A stretch of 64,000 nucleotides of DNA, from IMG/VR virus record IMGVR_UViG_3300044922_001008. The stretch is one strand, 5' to 3'. The stretch comes from an uncultured virus (IMG/VR IMGVR_UViG_3300044922_001008) (Duplodnaviria > Heunggongvirae > Uroviricota > Caudoviricetes). Each line of letters begins with the position of its first letter. Position 1 is the stretch's first letter. Both the position numbers and the translations under genes were made by a program. This document shows, piece by piece, positions 59,643-64,000 of this stretch. The notes under the pieces are model-generated. The model worked only from the letters and a program-made list of their open reading frames with translations. It made no database searches and had not been told where the DNA came from.

Positions 59643-59999
59643 ATGGGTGCTTCAAGCGTTACTGGAATAGGTTGTGGATCGGTTGGAAAATCATCACTTA
59701 CTGCTACTTCTTCTAATTCAAATGATTCTTGTGTTCCTTTATCTATAAGTAGTTTGATGGGTCCAAGAATTATAGCTGCTGGTGTCATGAATTTGAAAGA
59801 AGAGAATGCAGAAATTGTATTTACGGCTCCATCAGGATCTGTAAATGAATATACTGTATTTTTACAAGATAACAATAAAGTGGCAATTGTTAGTTCAAAT
59901 TTAAAGGCAGATGCCCATAATAGCAACTGGAGTTTTTATATTACGGGCAAGCCAAAAACAACAATTTCTTGGATGGTTATAAAATTAGGTATCTTTTAA
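59643..59999 (+). CDS. MGATS-family protein 4 (short)
   Basis: MGASSVTGIGCGSVGK N-terminus; small beta domain ending ISWMVI. Confidence 0.6.
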   Translation: MGASSVTGIGCGSVGKSSLTATSSNSNDSCVPLSISSLMGPRIIAAGVMNLKEENAEIVFTAPSGSVNEYTVFLQDNNKVAIVSSNLKADAHNSNWSFYITGKPKTTISWMVIKLGIF

Positions 60000-60553
60000 T
60001 TATCATCCTTATCCTGTTTGTTGAATTTCAAGTATCTATCGGACCATTCAATTGCCATGTGCAGTCCTCTGGCTAATAATCCAACAAGATGTGTTGGATT
60101 TCCATTTCCTTCAATTGCAATATTGTCTTTAATGTTTTCTTCCATCCAAACCATGGCAAAAGTCAAATTTTTGCGATTTTTTAGCTCTTTGGCTATTTGT
60201 TTGATTGTGACTAGAGATAAATCTGGAACTCCGTATTCGTCATAGGCTACAACTTTATTTTTTTCAACGAACATTTTAATTCGAGATGAAAACAACTTCA
60301 GTAATCGATCTACATCTTGATGAAAAACAAGTTGATATGCAGGTTTATCTTCATTAATTGGATGAGTTAAATTCATCATTTTGCAGATTTTATCATCTGC
60401 TATTTCTTCGACCAAAGCCGTTAAAAGGGCGATAGAATGATCTGATTCACAAGAAAAGAAGACCCAAGTTGTAGGTTCCATTTCTTTCTGGAAGATATCG
60501 ATACCTTCTAAAGAATTCAAATTATCTATAAAAGATTTGTATTCATAATCCAT
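59996..60553 (-). CDS. Hypothetical protein
   Basis: 185 aa, coupled to the upstream SWIM gene. Confidence 0.55.
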   Translation of the reverse strand: MDYEYKSFIDNLNSLEGIDIFQKEMEPTTWVFFSCESDHSIALLTALVEEIADDKICKMMNLTHPINEDKPAYQLVFHQDVDRLLKLFSSRIKMFVEKNKVVAYDEYGVPDLSLVTIKQIAKELKNRKNLTFAMVWMEENIKDNIAIEGNGNPTHLVGLLARGLHMAIEWSDRYLKFNKQDKDDN

Positions 60554-61089
60554 TAGTCCTCCATGATTTTAGAGTCATTTAACGATTTGATCAATTTGAT
60601 CAAATGCTTGCACATTCCGGGTGATTCATTCACATTTGCAATTCTTTCGTTGCTTTTTGACTCATACTTACTTCTTTTTCTTCCATAAAGGCTTTTATCA
60701 ATTGAGTTGTAGTAATTGAATCTCCAATAAAAATCAGGGCAAGTACATCTTACGACAACCTCATTAACATCTGACTTTATAGTTTCAAGAATATATTTCT
60801 TTTCATCGCTTGCAATCAACTTAATGGAATTTTTAGATTCCTTAGTTAGATATTTTATTCCTTTAAACAAAGCAACTGTTGTATATTCCTTTTGATTACC
60901 AATATTTTTTGCTAGACCTTTTACGAAAAGTGTCCTCATTCCAAGATAAGGCAAAAAATTCATCTCAATAATTTTTATCATATCGATGGAATTTTGTCTT
61001 TTCGTAGTTTTAGGAAACGCATCCACAGTACTATTATAAAGATCGATAACAGTGGACTCATTAAGTCTAACAAACTCATTGAAATTCAT
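60553..61089 (-). CDS. SWIM zinc-finger protein
   Basis: VRCTCPDFYWR...GMCKHL. Confidence 0.75.
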   Translation of the reverse strand: MNFNEFVRLNESTVIDLYNSTVDAFPKTTKRQNSIDMIKIIEMNFLPYLGMRTLFVKGLAKNIGNQKEYTTVALFKGIKYLTKESKNSIKLIASDEKKYILETIKSDVNEVVVRCTCPDFYWRFNYYNSIDKSLYGRKRSKYESKSNERIANVNESPGMCKHLIKLIKSLNDSKIMED

Positions 61090-61118
61090 AATATATTTAA
61101 GCCGATAGGATTTTTAAA

Positions 61119-61424
61119 ATGAATAAAAAAAACCAACAAATGGAAACAAATAATCCAATTCCAGAAGGAAAGAGCAAATTTGAAGTAAGAATGTATATGG
61201 CTGAAAAGGGAAATCTTAAGCAAGGGATTTTTATTGATGATCAATTGCTAGATTGGTCTGTAGATGTACATGATCTTTTGGAAGCTAAAAAAATGGGTAC
61301 ACAATATATAAAAGATTTAGAAATTGATGTTATTAGACATTTTCTTCAATCTATTTCGGATTTTATTGGAAGAAAAGTTTCGGTTGAAGAAATGAATCAA
61401 GCTAAAAAAAATGGATACATTTAA
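61119..61424 (+). CDS. Hypothetical protein, paralog of 3964..4233
   Basis: Shared DW..D and HFL...SDF.GR motifs. Confidence 0.6.
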   Translation: MNKKNQQMETNNPIPEGKSKFEVRMYMAEKGNLKQGIFIDDQLLDWSVDVHDLLEAKKMGTQYIKDLEIDVIRHFLQSISDFIGRKVSVEEMNQAKKNGYI

Positions 61425-61508
61425 GTGGAAAGACAATACTTTAATTGTTTCGTGTTCAAGGGGGTGAATTTCACTATTTGCGAAACATCTGATTGTCTTT
61501 CCGCTTAA
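61421..61508. other. Multi-stem inverted-repeat element between convergent genes
   Basis: 17-bp outer stem TTAAGTGGAAAGACAAT/ATTGTCTTTCCGCTTAA enclosing TGTTTCG/CGAAACA and GTGAA/TTCAC stems. Confidence 0.6.
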
Positions 61509-61529
61509 TGCTTATTTTTGTATAATTAC

Positions 61530-62867
61530 CTAAGGACTTGGCGGAACCATAGTTTTGATAATTTTAGATAAATTTTGAATTCTACTTAGAGCATTCGGAT
61601 TTTCCATAACCATCTGAAACTCTTTAGTTTTCATAATTTTTTCTTGAATGTCTTTAGGTAATTTTCTGATTGATCCAACCACACTAAGTTTTCCTTTAGT
61701 TGTTTTTTCTGGATAATTTTTCAAAAACTCTTCTGGTGTTGGTTTCGCTGTTGGTTCTGGTGGTGGCGTTTCTTCCGCTTCTGCTGGTGGTGCTTCTCCT
61801 GCTGGTTTAGATCCAGATTCTGCTGGTGCTTTAGATGTGGCTACATTTCTTAAATTTGCATTCAGATCTGCAATTTGTTTTGAAAGTTCTTTATAATTTG
61901 CAGCATCAAGTTTACCAGAAAAATCAGTTAGATGTTTTATAGCATCTTCAATTGATTTTATATCATATTGATCGTATTTTTCATCTCTACTGCCTTTGTA
62001 GCCTTTTGTGAAAGCATCCCAAACACTTCCTTCTCCGCCACCCATAAAGCGATCAAAGCCTCCAGCCAAACCACCTTTTAATCCAGCCCATGCTCCGCCA
62101 AGCCAATTTGCCTCATCTAGAACATATTCGTTAGCAATCCATTGTGCGAACAATTTTGAATTAAAGCCTCTTCCTTCTACAAGAAAACAAAGATTTTTAA
62201 TCCTAGTTTCCATTAATTTTATATCTATGGGATTAATTTTTCCATGATGAGAAGATTCATAATTAAACTGGTCTGGACTTGATGCTCTATCGGTGGCAGC
62301 ACCAGCAGCACGAGCTTTAGAAGCAGCGTCAACAGTTGGTGGTCCGCCAGCCATTGGCTTCATTGGCTTTGCACCAGCTTGTGGTGGTATTGGTGGTGGT
62401 TGAGTTGCCACTGGTGTATTTTTCAAGGTTTTTAATATGCCGTACAATGAGTCTTGAATATCTTTTTGAGCAAGTCGAGAATTTTGCCTATTACTTTTCT
62501 TTATAAGGTCATTTATTTTTTCTACTGCTTGATTGCTTGCCACAACCAAAGGGTCTTGATTAGATCCAGATCCTGCCATCATTTTATTGCCAGCATTTTG
62601 CATAAAATTGCCAACAGCACCTTGAACTTTATTTGCAGCACCTTGCATAAAATTGCCAACATTTTGAAAAAATCCTTGTTCATTAACCTTAAGTTCGGTA
62701 ACGACCCATTTTTCGGCTTTATCTGCTATATGATCGGTTTCTGAATGAATATCGAGCCATTCAACAAATGATTCTGGACTAATACCTCTGATGATCATTT
62801 CTCGAAAACATTCTAATGCCAATTTTTCAGTTTTTTTTAATTCCAAAGATTCTTTAAAGCTGATCAT
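61530..62867 (-). CDS. Putative internal head/ejection protein with internal duplication
   Basis: MISFKESLE N-terminus; two CF...RG.....F..W units, each followed by NE/DE and a Gly-rich amphipathic helix. Confidence 0.5.
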   Translation of the reverse strand: MISFKESLELKKTEKLALECFREMIIRGISPESFVEWLDIHSETDHIADKAEKWVVTELKVNEQGFFQNVGNFMQGAANKVQGAVGNFMQNAGNKMMAGSGSNQDPLVVASNQAVEKINDLIKKSNRQNSRLAQKDIQDSLYGILKTLKNTPVATQPPPIPPQAGAKPMKPMAGGPPTVDAASKARAAGAATDRASSPDQFNYESSHHGKINPIDIKLMETRIKNLCFLVEGRGFNSKLFAQWIANEYVLDEANWLGGAWAGLKGGLAGGFDRFMGGGEGSVWDAFTKGYKGSRDEKYDQYDIKSIEDAIKHLTDFSGKLDAANYKELSKQIADLNANLRNVATSKAPAESGSKPAGEAPPAEAEETPPPEPTAKPTPEEFLKNYPEKTTKGKLSVVGSIRKLPKDIQEKIMKTKEFQMVMENPNALSRIQNLSKIIKTMVPPSP

Positions 62868-63691
62868 TTTCTTGTGCCTTTCACTTCAAAATCCCTCATC
62901 CATATCTGATAAATAAGTGTTTGAGGTTGTTTTTTATTTTCCTTATATATGAATGACAAAGCCCCTTCTGATTCATCATCCCAAGTTTTTATCCAATAAA
63001 TTGGAGAAAAATAAGCTTGGTTATTTAAAAACAAAGAATCAGAGCCACGAATGGAACTTGTAACTCCAATAACTTTATATCCATCCTTATAAAATAAAGG
63101 TCCGCCAGAATCTCCGAATATTGTATAACAATTCGATCTTAGAAATCCTTTAAGATTTTCTGGCTTTTTTGTATCGACAGATGTTATTGCTCCGAAATCA
63201 ATGCGTATATCATCTCCAAGACCATATCCTATTTTAAATACATCTGTTCCAAAATATGGCTTAGAATTAAAGTCCATATCTGCACAAGGCATTTTTTTAT
63301 CTGATTTAAATATCAAAATTGCCAAATCCATTTTCTTATTGATGTTGTAGATTAATGCCTGATATGTATCAAATTTCGTAAGGTTTGACCAATTGTCATA
63401 AACTCCGCAATGAACATCGATAGCCGATGCTACATTTTCGACATTATGTGCAGCTGTGACTATAACATTTAGGTATTTTTTATCAATAAGTTGAGATTGA
63501 ATTAATTCTGATTTGACGATAAATCCACTGGCTACTGCTTGTGGTGGTTTTTTCTTACAATCATCGCAATCGCAATTGTTTTTACTATAACTTATCTTTA
63601 TTGTAGGATATAAACTTTTCTCATGTAGTTTTTTATCTGGTTCTACACTAAATAACCATAAGGGAAATATCAAAAATATTAGATGTTTCAT
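62864..63691 (-). CDS. Exported trypsin-like serine protease
   Basis: Signal peptide; ASGFIV, VTAAHNV, DLAIL, GDSGGPLF. Confidence 0.88.
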   Translation of the reverse strand: MKHLIFLIFPLWLFSVEPDKKLHEKSLYPTIKISYSKNNCDCDDCKKKPPQAVASGFIVKSELIQSQLIDKKYLNVIVTAAHNVENVASAIDVHCGVYDNWSNLTKFDTYQALIYNINKKMDLAILIFKSDKKMPCADMDFNSKPYFGTDVFKIGYGLGDDIRIDFGAITSVDTKKPENLKGFLRSNCYTIFGDSGGPLFYKDGYKVIGVTSSIRGSDSLFLNNQAYFSPIYWIKTWDDESEGALSFIYKENKKQPQTLIYQIWMRDFEVKGTRK

Positions 63692-63711
63692 TTTAAATCC
63701 TTGGAGGTATT

Positions 63712-63993
63712 ATGGATAGAAGCTTCCTATATGGCATAATAGTTCTGCTTTCTTTGACAGATACTGTTATCTATATACAGAAAACAAACCCTAATCTTAT
63801 AGAAAAATTTATGCCGTCTTCTGAAGATGGTAGTTGGCAATCAAAAGATCCGGGTTGGAATGTAAAGCCTGATATTGATAAAAAAGAAGAAAAAAAAGAT
63901 GGTGCGAATGAAAAAAATAATTCAGTACCAGAAAGCGAAGATGAGCCTAAAGCAGACACAAAAAAAAGACATCACTTTAGATTCTTTAGGTGA
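63712..63993 (+). CDS. Hypothetical membrane-anchored protein
   Basis: GGAGG RBS, N-terminal hydrophobic helix. Confidence 0.55.
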   Translation: MDRSFLYGIIVLLSLTDTVIYIQKTNPNLIEKFMPSSEDGSWQSKDPGWNVKPDIDKKEEKKDGANEKNNSVPESEDEPKADTKKRHHFRFFR

Positions 63994-64000
63994 GGAAGTA

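Noticed and set aside
1..64000. Stop-codon reassignment, as seen in some large phages
   Set aside because: Core genes (terminase, portal, protease, capsid) are full length in the standard code, and genes end in TAA, TGA and TAG
1..64000. tRNA or rRNA genes
   Set aside because: No cloverleaf or T-loop signature was noticed in the short intergenic regions by eye; tRNAscan-SE would be needed to confirm absence

Overview
AT-rich, gene-dense segment of a large T4-superfamily (probably jumbo) tailed phage, read in the standard bacterial code. It contains a baseplate/tail module (1-14.8 kb) with three paralogous PKD-domain genes, one carrying about 70 'FGP' repeats, interleaved with glycosyltransferase-like genes and a SET-domain gene. 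Further along are an actin-fold ATPase operon, a MotA/TolQ/ExbB-type three-gene membrane operon, DNA primase, a Cas4/RecB-like nuclease and the large terminase. The head module is portal (two inteins), core, gp21 protease, gp22 scaffold and gp23 capsid. Two free-standing homing endonucleases, ferritin, MscL and several exported proteases are also present; two unrelated proteases share a 26-aa C-terminal tag. Four tandem genes share an N-terminal 'MGATS-x-EG-x-G-x-GS' anchor fused to different C-terminal domains. No tRNA, rRNA, CRISPR array, integrase or reverse transcriptase was recognised. All family calls come from motif recognition by eye, not from database searches.
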